A stretch of DNA of 64,000 nt from an uncultured virus (IMG/VR IMGVR_UViG_3300010348_000552) (lineage: Duplodnaviria > Heunggongvirae > Uroviricota > Caudoviricetes): IMG/VR virus record IMGVR_UViG_3300010348_000552, one strand, 5' to 3'. The notes beneath the pieces are model-generated. The model saw nothing but the letters and a program-made list of their open reading frames with translations, searched no databases and was not told where the DNA came from. Both the position numbers and the translations under genes were made by a program. Shown piece by piece: positions 46,585-55,906 of this stretch (position 1 is the first letter of the stretch; each line of letters opens with the position of its first letter).

Positions 46585-46695
46585 CAGCAGGGGCCTCCCT
46601 GCGTGGAGGGAAGCCACAGAGAGACGAGGGCGGTAGCCCCTCTCGCCTTCTATTATAGCACAATCAGCCACTCGGTCAACCGAGTTTTGGGGTGC

Positions 46696-48162
46696 ATGAT
46701 GCTCGACGCCCATGTCATTTCTGACCTCAGCCGTGCCCTGCGGGAGAGTCGCATCCGTAGTATCTACGGGGCGAAGGTTGACGCCGACAATGTGTTCTCG
46801 AAGTCGGAAGAGATCATGGCCGTGGCCGAAAGGGCCGTGGCAGGTGGGGTGTCGGTGGCCATTGCCGAGAGCCACACTTGGTCCATCGTCGAACCGGCTT
46901 CCCCCCTTCAGGACCGCTGCACGGACATCGCTCACTACCACTTTGACGAAGCCACCGGCACGACGGTTGACGACACCTCGCAGAACGGTAACGACCTCAC
47001 CTTGACGGGTTGCACCTGGGGGACCGGGAAATGGGGGGCGTGTCTGACCCTCAACGGCACCAGTGACTATGCCTCGGTGACGGCCTTGTCGGCGGAACCA
47101 CTCAGGAACTACCTCTATGTTTCGGCCTGGGTCAACCCCTCTTCGGTAACGGGGACACGACCTATCTGCAAACTTACCAATCGGGTCCTGCTCTATCTCG
47201 ACGCGGGGATGCTGAAGTGCCAGATCATTGACGGCGTGACGACCTACACCGTGTCCTCGGGCCGCAACCTCACGGCGGGGACGTGGCAGTTCGTGACATT
47301 GCAGTTTCTGGACGGACAGGTGTTCCTCGGGGTCGGGGACTTGGTGTACAAGACCACGATTGCCTGCACGACCTATGCGTCGGAGTTCCCGGCAGAGGGG
47401 CTGGCCTTGACCGTCGGCTATGACGGCACCAACTTCTTTGCGGGCGACATCGATGAGTTGGTGGTGGACGCTAGTGTGCGGGTCATGGACGACGTGCCCC
47501 CCGTCAGCCGGATCATGGGTAGCAACGATGTCATTATGTGGCCCTTCAAGGAAAACTCAGGGACCAGCGTGGCCTCCCCTCGGCTGTTGGGCGACACCTT
47601 GACCCTGAGTGGCGGGACTTGGGTGGCCGGGCAGACGCGGTATGCCGTGCAGTTTGACGGGTTCGATGACTATGGCTACTGCATTCCGGTCGCGGAGACG
47701 TTCACGGGTCGCACCCTCAGTGTGGAAGTGGGCGTGAAGTTCGCGGCCAACGATGTGACCGTACCCATACTAACGCAGGCCGGTGGACTCAACCTGAGTT
47801 ACGACGGGGCGGGGGGCATTGTCGCGGCCTTAGGGGGGGTAACCAACCCCAGTACAGTTATTGGCCAGTTGACACCAACCGTCGGGGCTTGGTACAATCT
47901 CTGTATCGTCTACGGTGACGGCTACAAAGAGTTATGGGTGAATGGGCAGAAGTTTGGTGAGATCGCCTGTACGGGGACCGCCGTGATGCCTGCCGTACCA
48001 CTCTACCTTGCCAAGTCGGGCACCACTTACGGTGCCATTACCGTAGATCGTGTCCGAGTCTATCGGGCACGGCTGAAGCCCTACTATCGGGGTTGTCGCT
48101 ACTTCATGCCCGGTGAGAATGGCTTCACAGCTCTCGACGATTGGATAATCTATCCGGCATGA
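46696..48162 (+). CDS. Tandem LamG-domain virion protein
   Basis: HYHFDEATGTTVDDTSQNGN, VSAWVNP, FAGDIDEL; second repeat WPFKENSGT. Confidence 0.85.
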   Translation: MMLDAHVISDLSRALRESRIRSIYGAKVDADNVFSKSEEIMAVAERAVAGGVSVAIAESHTWSIVEPASPLQDRCTDIAHYHFDEATGTTVDDTSQNGNDLTLTGCTWGTGKWGACLTLNGTSDYASVTALSAEPLRNYLYVSAWVNPSSVTGTRPICKLTNRVLLYLDAGMLKCQIIDGVTTYTVSSGRNLTAGTWQFVTLQFLDGQVFLGVGDLVYKTTIACTTYASEFPAEGLALTVGYDGTNFFAGDIDELVVDASVRVMDDVPPVSRIMGSNDVIMWPFKENSGTSVASPRLLGDTLTLSGGTWVAGQTRYAVQFDGFDDYGYCIPVAETFTGRTLSVEVGVKFAANDVTVPILTQAGGLNLSYDGAGGIVAALGGVTNPSTVIGQLTPTVGAWYNLCIVYGDGYKELWVNGQKFGEIACTGTAVMPAVPLYLAKSGTTYGAITVDRVRVYRARLKPYYRGCRYFMPGENGFTALDDWIIYPA

Positions 48163-48608
48163 AAATCCTAAAGAAGTCCGTCCAGTTGTACTGCGTCCCC
48201 GAGTGCTTGGTCCCGGTTGACGCTCTCGTGGCCCCCGGTTCGGTCTCGATTCCCCAAGGGCTATTGCCATGCGTTGTCACCCGTAGTGATAGCAACTGCT
48301 ACGACAAACTCATGGTCCTGATGAAGTGGTTTGTTGAACACCTCGAAGTGGTTGACGGCTACCTCGTGGCCAGTGCGGCGTTGCCTGCCCTCTCGCTCAA
48401 TGACGAGTTGTGGGGTGACGCCCTGTACCTGCTGAAGCAGGCCCTCGCCCCCTACGAGTTTGTGTCGGGGCCAGTCTTCGTTAGACAGTCTGGTGGCCGC
48501 ACTGGACAGTTCGCGGTGGCCGACCTCTATGTGCGGCTGCTCAATGGTAGCACGACTATCCCCCATGTCAGTTTCCATCTGGTACGACAAGAAGGAGCCG
48601 ACGAATGA
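48159..48608 (+). CDS. Hypothetical protein
   Basis: ATGA coupling on both sides. Confidence 0.65.
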   Translation: MKILKKSVQLYCVPECLVPVDALVAPGSVSIPQGLLPCVVTRSDSNCYDKLMVLMKWFVEHLEVVDGYLVASAALPALSLNDELWGDALYLLKQALAPYEFVSGPVFVRQSGGRTGQFAVADLYVRLLNGSTTIPHVSFHLVRQEGADE

Positions 48609-49483
48609 AGGTAGCCGTCATTGGCGACCTGATGTTGGATTTGGAGTTCGGCAACGCCGCTGCCAACGGTGACTGCCCCGAACGAACGGGCCTGCCCGTC
48701 TACAAGTCGAGCAACGTGGTCGTAGCTGCCGGGGGGGCGGGGAACGCCGCCAATATCCTGCGGGAGTTGAAGGCCACCGTCCACCTCTACTGTGACGGCC
48801 CTGGCCGGGGGGACCGCCACTGGATCGCCGAGTTGACCAAGCAGGTGTGCCGGGCCAACCGTATCTGCTGGTCCAACGAAGGCTTCATTTCGCTCAAGGT
48901 ACGAGGGATTGACCGGGCTAATCAGGTCATTTCCCGATTGGATTGTGACACGAACACGGAACGGAAGCACGTATTTGCCGCTCTCGAAGCCTTGCTGGAC
49001 GAAGTACGGGAGGGCAAGTGGGATGCCGTGCTGGTCTCGGACTATCGCAAGGGCTGTCTTGGCAAACAGAACGAGGTGGTCGTCAGTGAGATATTGAAGG
49101 CGGCCAGTTGTAGTGTGGTTGACCTCAAGGGGCAGGACTATGCACTATATGCCCACGCCACGGCAATCACGCCGAACCAACCGGATAGCATGAGGATATT
49201 CGGGACGGACGACCCGTGTGAGATCAGACGGTTGGTCGGCTGCAAGGTCGTCTACGTGACCCGTGGTAAAGATAGCGTCCTCATGGGTTGTGACCAGGGC
49301 ATGACTGAAATCTCCGTTGAAGACAACATCCCCAACGTGTACTGCGTGGGTGCCGGGGATGCTTTCGCAGCCGGTGTGACAATGGCCTTGGGGCAGGGCC
49401 GGTCTTACATCGAAGCGGGCGTGTGTGGCGTGAAGGTGGCCCAAGCCTATATCGCCAAGCCGAGGAAGAGTTCGCTCCGATGA
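48605..49483 (+). CDS. PfkB-family sugar kinase, HldE/RfaE domain I-like
   Basis: VIGDLMLD, GGAGNAA, SDYRKG, ITPN, VGAGDAF. Confidence 0.88.
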   Translation: MKVAVIGDLMLDLEFGNAAANGDCPERTGLPVYKSSNVVVAAGGAGNAANILRELKATVHLYCDGPGRGDRHWIAELTKQVCRANRICWSNEGFISLKVRGIDRANQVISRLDCDTNTERKHVFAALEALLDEVREGKWDAVLVSDYRKGCLGKQNEVVVSEILKAASCSVVDLKGQDYALYAHATAITPNQPDSMRIFGTDDPCEIRRLVGCKVVYVTRGKDSVLMGCDQGMTEISVEDNIPNVYCVGAGDAFAAGVTMALGQGRSYIEAGVCGVKVAQAYIAKPRKSSLR

Positions 49484-49498
49484 TAGTGTCAAGGTTGG

Positions 49499-49897
49499 GT
49501 GTTTGCCATGCGGAGATTCATCGTCCTGAGAGTTGCCACGGCCATCGTTTGCTGGTTAATGCTGACGGTAATTGTGTATGCCCAAACGAAAACTGCGTTT
49601 TTGGAAAGTGACAGCAAACAGGTTATCGGTTCGGACACTACTCTCTTCTCCTGGGGAGCCGTGGTACTACTCGGGGCGATCATTGTCAGTGCCATAACGG
49701 CAATCTCGGCCAGCAAGTCGCATATCGCCGACGAGAGTATCCACCACCAGGGAGAGAAGTTGGCTGAGAAGTACGCTGCTAAGTCGGACTGTATCATCAA
49801 GCACGGCGAGGTCAAGCAGGACTTCAACCGTGTCCACGAACGGTTGGACAAAATCTCGGAAGCCCTGGCTCGTATCGAGGGCAAACTGGCGAACTAA
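49499..49897 (+). CDS. Membrane protein with C-terminal coiled coil, possibly lysis-related
   Basis: Hydrophobic segments; RLDKISEALARIEGKL. Confidence 0.55.
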   Translation: MFAMRRFIVLRVATAIVCWLMLTVIVYAQTKTAFLESDSKQVIGSDTTLFSWGAVVLLGAIIVSAITAISASKSHIADESIHHQGEKLAEKYAAKSDCIIKHGEVKQDFNRVHERLDKISEALARIEGKLAN

Positions 49898-49908
49898 CGG
49901 AGGGTGTT

Positions 49909-50259
49909 ATGGACTGGATGCCGGTGCTGCATAACATCTGGGCAGACTTTGTAGTTCCCTTCTTCATTCAGTATGTGGTTCCGGCGGCGGGCACGGTGGC
50001 GGCGGCTCTGGTTATCATGCTGCTGAATACGGTGCTGGCGTGGGCCAAGGCTCGGGTTGCCATGATCGAGAGTGACATCCTACGGGACGCCATCATGCGT
50101 CTGGTGGAAGCAGCCGAGAAGAAGTACACGCAGCCGCAGTCGGGAACGAGTAAGTACGCCTGGGTGGCTCAGAAGGCTAAAGAACTCTACGGGATCGAGT
50201 TGGATGAACACGAGATCGAGGCGTCGGTCTATGCTTTGGGCAAGGTGAAAGGTAGTTAG
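49909..50259 (+). CDS. Probable holin (LL-H-like)
   Basis: TM segment; LVEAAE...GTSKY...IEASV. Confidence 0.75.
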   Translation: MDWMPVLHNIWADFVVPFFIQYVVPAAGTVAAALVIMLLNTVLAWAKARVAMIESDILRDAIMRLVEAAEKKYTQPQSGTSKYAWVAQKAKELYGIELDEHEIEASVYALGKVKGS

Positions 50260-50337
50260 CGGGGTCAAGTAAGTGTAGGAAACACACCTCTTTTGTGCTA
50301 TAATGTAGGGCAATAGCATAAGGGAGGTGTTTTCGTA

Positions 50338-53300
50338 ATGGTCCGTTTTCGTGTGAACAAGGCGTTAGTAGTTGTACTGGCGTTAGTCACCGGATTTGTC
50401 CTGGAGTTGGGGCGGGAGTATGGGGCGTTCGACGGACTGGGCGAGCGTGTCGGCGCGGTGAACGCGGCGGCGCGGGAGAAGGCCTGGCGGGCGCTGGTGG
50501 GGGAACCGGCGAAGAACGGGCCGACGTGGAAGGGCTACAAGGTCAAGCCGATGGCAAAGTGCAAACTAACAACCGGGGACTATAGCGGATCCGCTACGTT
50601 AGAGTTGCGGGTATGGGACTCGCAGACACCTCTTCAGCAGGGGTACTTTTATGGACTTGGTGGCACCTTTCACTGGATGTACATTGGTATCTATGACGGT
50701 TGCTACCGCTACTACTTTTATCTCGGCGACGAACCGCACATGCCAGACGACTTCGCCATTGTCAACGTTCCGATACCACAATCCGGTGAAGAGGCAGTCT
50801 ATTCATGGGTATGGCGTTGGCAATGTGGTGGTGCCTACCTCGAAGAGACGGTTTCTGGTGTGCCAATCGGTGAGAAGGGAGTAACTCACGCAAAGGAAGT
50901 AGCCGTTACAGAACAATGGGTAATACCTGAAGGGTCGGCCGCTTCCTCCACTGTAGTTGGTGACCTCGGCGTTTCAATGAGCATGGCTTCTTCAGTGGGC
51001 GCTCCCGTGACTTCATTCGGGATGACCTTTAGCGACATCGCTCTGACCGCGCCCGGCGACTTCCCCGTTGAAGACCGCACCTACATCGCCATTCGGGACA
51101 TCAAGTTCTGCGATGTACCTATAGACACCACCTCGTATCCTACGCAGACCATGACCGGGGAGGCAGCCGAGAACTCCTGGGTCCGCAGCGACGGCAGCAG
51201 TGGGTTTGAGTTTTACTGGCGTAATGTGCCCACGACTATCGGTGCAGACATCTGGACTGGCGTGACCGTATACGCCCCCTACCAGTTCGACTTCTCCCGC
51301 CTCGTCTTCAAGTGGATGGACGGGACGGACATTCCCGATAGCGTCTATGTCTACTGCACCGGCCTGCGCAAACTCATTGACGGGGTAGACCCCGGAGGCT
51401 TCGCGGGGGACTGGCATGGGACCATTGCGGAACTCAAGGCGCATGGTCTTTGGACGCAGAAGTATGGGCTGCACTCGTGGGACACTTGGGACGCGGACAT
51501 GCTGCCCACTGTGCAGGTGTACCTTGACCTTACCAGCGCGGAGGCAGCGGGCATCGAAATCCGCGGCCCCGCTGGTAAGTACAAGGTAGAGGGTGCGGGC
51601 TACGGCGTCACCGGCACGGAAAATGCGCCGATCCCCGGCCCGGTAGACGGGTACTACGCGGCGGGCGGAACCTGGAATGGGAACCCCTCGTACACCAATG
51701 GTCATTACTGGATGTATTGCCTCGGTGAGGAAGACGGTTCGTGGGGTATCGGTCCTTGGGCGGGTGCGGTCCCGTACTACATACAGGACCTGTCAGGTCC
51801 ACCGGGCGTCTATGTCGTCAACCTCTGGGATAAAGAAAGCAACCCTACTGGCTACAAGGACATGCTGGTTGGTTCCACCGAGGACCCCGAAGACGACGAA
51901 TACGATACCACGACTGAGGGCCAGAGAATCTTCTCTGGCTTTTCGGGCTACGGTATCGGCCCAGTCGTCACCGAGGAGAGCGGGAACGCGATCACCGTTG
52001 ACAGCCAGTGCCGCACTCCGGCGTTCACTCACAATGCCACAGTCATCTTTGACCATTACCCTCTTTCCTCTCCTGACCGTGAGACTAACCCGTACATGAC
52101 GGACATCGTTTCAGTCTCAGTGGACGACGACAAAGGCATCTACGGGGAGGCACATACCCATGCCGATTGGGTAGCCGAGGGTGCGGCCACGGTTCCAGAT
52201 GTGAACGGGTACTTCACAGTTGGAAATGGTGGCGGTAGCATCACCCTCACGCTGAAGTGCAACTACCGTGACCGACAGGAGAAGGTGGGTGGCGTTGACG
52301 AAATTCCGGTGCCCACCGCCTACCTGTACCGCCGCCACGACAGCCAACTCGGCAGCGGTGCGACACCAGAGGAACACGAAGCGGTGTGGGACTGGCGTGC
52401 CCGCTACCTCAAGAACAGACTCGTCTTCCCCTCCTATCCGGCGACACTGGGCGTCACGATCCGCTACTACATGGACCTGCTGGGGTGCGGTGATAACCAC
52501 TTCACCGATAGTACGAGGCAGACGGAGTATTCCTATTCGGCTGGAGACCTGTTCACCCTGGAACGGTCGCTGCCGGTTACCTACTATGTGACCTCGGCTG
52601 GAGAAAAAGTCGCAGAGTCACTCTGCGATCTATACGACGAACAGAATGGCGGGCAGCCAGTCGCAATGGCTGAAAGTCTTACCCTGCACTTCGATACAGC
52701 GGGTCGGTATCGCCTTTGGGAACCGGAACTTGTCAGTGATAAGGGCGACCGGCAGGAAGTAACCACAACCGCGCCCTTCTATCGGGTTGCGCCGACAACG
52801 CCGGGCACATCCATCAAGATTGACGAGTCATGGCGGTATGCCCAAGGCGTCGTTTCTGCTCATCATAACGGCTTCTGCAACATGGCCCTCTTCGTCCCCG
52901 ATAACGCGAGACCATGCACCGTCGAACGGTGCTTCGATACAATCAACGTCCTTATTGGAGCTAAGACCGGACTGGACATGAGTTCGTCCTATTCCCTTGG
53001 GGGATGGCCGATCACCAACAGCGGAGAGGCCTGGACACTCTCCCATTCCCAAGCCAACGAAAACTACCACATGGTTGACGAAGACGGGGAACGTCTAACC
53101 ACCCTTTGTGTGCGTGACATCGTCCCCCAGATGGGCGGAGACGACATTGCAGCAGTAGCGGTTAGGTGCTTCTCCGTGACATGTGTGCGGGGCCTACGCT
53201 ACAACTTCCACGGCACATACTATGCCCAAGGCCGGGCACACGGGATGGGGCTAAAGTCCTCGCTGCCCAACGATTTCCCCAGGACACGCAGCCGTGCCTT

Positions 53301-54111
53301 GGGCAAACTCTATCGGGAACACATTGACGCTGACCCCGAGAACTGGCAGACGGTACAGTCAATCGCTTCCGACGAACACGGTCATTGGGAAAGCGCGGCC
53401 TACGGGATCAGTGATACGGACGCCGACCGGACCATTTGGGAATGGAAGACCAACAAGGAAGAGATCGGTAGGTTCGCCACTCGTGAATGGGCGTTGGGGG
53501 AAGCGTACCCAGTTGGCTCAGGTCGCATTTTCGTGGTGGAACACGCCGCCAATATCATCTACGTGCTGGAACACGTCCCCGGTGAGGGGATACGTCACAT
53601 CTACACCAGCAACGCCTCGCAGTGGTATGAAGATGCCATATCGAAGGCTCCCTATGCCCTGCCGAAGCAGGACGTAGCCGACGCCGATACGGACGGGTCA
53701 CAGTCGGGCTACGTGGACAAGCAGGGCAAGTTCTACCTCTACCATCTCAAGGGTGGGGACCTGAAGAAACTCATCAGCACTAACTGGGGTAACACCTGGG
53801 GGACGGAGGCAACCGTGATCTCGGGACATGACTTGGCGTGGTCTACAGAGGTTTACGATGAGGGCATCCAGTATGCCCTCGCCATTACCAACAGCGGGTC
53901 GTTACGGTGCTATCGTAGCAGTACGCACTTTGCCGAGGCGACGTGGACGCAGAATACGAACTGGTGGGAGATCGCTACGGGGATTGACACTGACGGGGCA
54001 CCGGGGGGCTACTTCAAGCATGGCTGGCTCTACTGCTACGCCTTCTCGGGTGGGAGCCGGGTCTGCTATAAGTCACAAAACTACGGCCAGACGTGGACCC
54101 TCGTGAGTTAG
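50338..54111 (+). CDS. Large beta-rich protein, probably virion-associated
   Basis: 1257 aa; Asp-box-like STNWGNTW and SQNYGQTW; TGnTATAAT and GGAGG upstream. Confidence 0.75.
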   Translation: MVRFRVNKALVVVLALVTGFVLELGREYGAFDGLGERVGAVNAAAREKAWRALVGEPAKNGPTWKGYKVKPMAKCKLTTGDYSGSATLELRVWDSQTPLQQGYFYGLGGTFHWMYIGIYDGCYRYYFYLGDEPHMPDDFAIVNVPIPQSGEEAVYSWVWRWQCGGAYLEETVSGVPIGEKGVTHAKEVAVTEQWVIPEGSAASSTVVGDLGVSMSMASSVGAPVTSFGMTFSDIALTAPGDFPVEDRTYIAIRDIKFCDVPIDTTSYPTQTMTGEAAENSWVRSDGSSGFEFYWRNVPTTIGADIWTGVTVYAPYQFDFSRLVFKWMDGTDIPDSVYVYCTGLRKLIDGVDPGGFAGDWHGTIAELKAHGLWTQKYGLHSWDTWDADMLPTVQVYLDLTSAEAAGIEIRGPAGKYKVEGAGYGVTGTENAPIPGPVDGYYAAGGTWNGNPSYTNGHYWMYCLGEEDGSWGIGPWAGAVPYYIQDLSGPPGVYVVNLWDKESNPTGYKDMLVGSTEDPEDDEYDTTTEGQRIFSGFSGYGIGPVVTEESGNAITVDSQCRTPAFTHNATVIFDHYPLSSPDRETNPYMTDIVSVSVDDDKGIYGEAHTHADWVAEGAATVPDVNGYFTVGNGGGSITLTLKCNYRDRQEKVGGVDEIPVPTAYLYRRHDSQLGSGATPEEHEAVWDWRARYLKNRLVFPSYPATLGVTIRYYMDLLGCGDNHFTDSTRQTEYSYSAGDLFTLERSLPVTYYVTSAGEKVAESLCDLYDEQNGGQPVAMAESLTLHFDTAGRYRLWEPELVSDKGDRQEVTTTAPFYRVAPTTPGTSIKIDESWRYAQGVVSAHHNGFCNMALFVPDNARPCTVERCFDTINVLIGAKTGLDMSSSYSLGGWPITNSGEAWTLSHSQANENYHMVDEDGERLTTLCVRDIVPQMGGDDIAAVAVRCFSVTCVRGLRYNFHGTYYAQGRAHGMGLKSSLPNDFPRTRSRALGKLYREHIDADPENWQTVQSIASDEHGHWESAAYGISDTDADRTIWEWKTNKEEIGRFATREWALGEAYPVGSGRIFVVEHAANIIYVLEHVPGEGIRHIYTSNASQWYEDAISKAPYALPKQDVADADTDGSQSGYVDKQGKFYLYHLKGGDLKKLISTNWGNTWGTEATVISGHDLAWSTEVYDEGIQYALAITNSGSLRCYRSSTHFAEATWTQNTNWWEIATGIDTDGAPGGYFKHGWLYCYAFSGGSRVCYKSQNYGQTWTLVS

Positions 54112-54188
54112 CCCCGCGTATTCCTCCACTTGACGGCAACGGTAGTTGGGTGTCATACTAAGCAACACACTAAGGTAGGTGTTGCCCG

Positions 54189-54959
54189 ATGGCACTCATT
54201 GGTCACGTTGACGTGCTTGCTCCCCAGTCGCTATCGGGGGACTCCCCTTCGACCGCCAGAACCAAGATAAACAACAACTTCACCCTCGGTAAGACGGAAA
54301 GCCAGAAGATCGAGGAACGAATCGAACATAGCTTCTCCTCCCTGCATGGGGAGGGGCTGTTGACCGTGCCGACCGCCACCTACTCGGCGGACAGTCTACA
54401 GGTCACCTTTGGGGCGTTTACCTGCCTACTCGGCGTCTACATCGCCTATGCTGGTGGGCAGGCGACCCTGCTGGCTAACCAGACCGGAGCCTCGCTGTAC
54501 TTCTGCCAGGATGGCACCTTCGCCACGACCCTCCCTACCACCAAGACCTACTTTGCCATTGGCACGTATACCACGGACGGCACCGGCTGCACGGCGTTCA
54601 CGGTGGCGGGAAAGTTGCTTCTCCCGATCCTCACCACGATTAGTGGAACGGTGGCCGGTATCTATGTCCCTGACGACACCGATATTGCCGATGGCTACGT
54701 GGACCATTCGGCCACGGCTACGATTGCGGTTGATGGTGTCCTCAAGTTGACCGTGACCCCTTCCAGTGCTTTCTACGTAGAAGAGTTGTATCCCGGCGGG
54801 GTCTTGGACGCCGGCTCGGACACCCAGTACGCCCCGCCCCGGCAACGGACGAACGAGGGCTTCCACTACCGGATCACCCGTCGGGCGGGTTATGCATGTG
54901 AGTCCTGCCCGACCTGCACACTCACCTATTCTCGCACGGGTCTCGTTCTCGCCTCCTAA
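54189..54959 (+). CDS. Probable virion protein
   Basis: GDSPSTARTKINNNF resembles fibre N-termini. Confidence 0.6.
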   Translation: MALIGHVDVLAPQSLSGDSPSTARTKINNNFTLGKTESQKIEERIEHSFSSLHGEGLLTVPTATYSADSLQVTFGAFTCLLGVYIAYAGGQATLLANQTGASLYFCQDGTFATTLPTTKTYFAIGTYTTDGTGCTAFTVAGKLLLPILTTISGTVAGIYVPDDTDIADGYVDHSATATIAVDGVLKLTVTPSSAFYVEELYPGGVLDAGSDTQYAPPRQRTNEGFHYRITRRAGYACESCPTCTLTYSRTGLVLAS

Positions 54960-54961
54960 CC

Positions 54962-55906
54962 ATGACTGTTGAAGACTACCTTCGCACTCTTGACGACCCG
55001 CAGGCCGCTATCTCCTACCCGTTGCAGTCGCTCTATGAATCCGATAGCGGCCATGTGGTCATGGGTCTCAACCCGGAGGTGCAGCAGCGGGTCCGTGCCG
55101 GGGAGTTGATGGTTGAACCGTTGCAGGTGGTACGCAGGCCGGGGTTGGGAGACAAGGTGTTCGCCATCGCCGCCTGCCATGAATATCTGGCCCAGCACCC
55201 TGAGTCCGACCTCACTTTCTCTGGCTACGATACCGACACTTGGCTCAAGTACCTACCGTGGCTGAAGACGGGTCTCAACATGAAGGCGAACACCGTGGTC
55301 AACCTCGACAACACGCCCTGTAACGGCGGTGACCGCACACAACTCATGGGGCAGATATTGGGGGTCGAGGTGACCAGTATCGAGTTCCCAATCAAGGTCC
55401 CGAAGCGTAACCTGGGCCTGCCCAGTCGCTACTACGTCTTCGTCCCCTTCGCCAATCAGAACGGTCCTCGGTCGCTGCCACTGGAGACGACGCTGGAAGT
55501 CCTGAGACGATCCCCGTTGCCGTTGGTCTTCACGGACGCCAAGTCCTACGAGTTTGAGTTGGGGCACGGAGTTGTCAACCGTTCGGGCCTGGGCATGGAC
55601 GAGTTGCTGGCCCTGGTTGCGGGCAGTGCCGGGGTAATCGCCTGTGATACGGGGGTGCCGTGGTTGGCCGCCGCAATGGGCAAGCCTGCTATGGTGTTCT
55701 TCAGCCACGTCCGTTCGTGGGAACGCACCAATACCTGCCAGCATGTCCTCGCGGTTGATAGTCCTGCCGACTGTGCCAAGAACTGTGGGGACCATGTAGG
55801 TTCGCGGCCTGCCTGTCGTTGGCGGGATGGCGTACCATCCTGCACCCGGTACTACACACCAGAACTCGTTCGGCACTACATGCGTGAGTTCGGAGGCCTA
55901 ACGTGA
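54962..55906 (+). CDS. GT9-like glycosyltransferase
   Basis: GLGD; VIACDTGVPWLAAAMGKPAMVFF. Confidence 0.82.
   Translation: MTVEDYLRTLDDPQAAISYPLQSLYESDSGHVVMGLNPEVQQRVRAGELMVEPLQVVRRPGLGDKVFAIAACHEYLAQHPESDLTFSGYDTDTWLKYLPWLKTGLNMKANTVVNLDNTPCNGGDRTQLMGQILGVEVTSIEFPIKVPKRNLGLPSRYYVFVPFANQNGPRSLPLETTLEVLRRSPLPLVFTDAKSYEFELGHGVVNRSGLGMDELLALVAGSAGVIACDTGVPWLAAAMGKPAMVFFSHVRSWERTNTCQHVLAVDSPADCAKNCGDHVGSRPACRWRDGVPSCTRYYTPELVRHYMREFGGLT

Noticed and set aside
17713..54959. Diversity-generating retroelement acting on fibre genes
   Set aside because: No reverse transcriptase and no adenine-variant repeat pair seen
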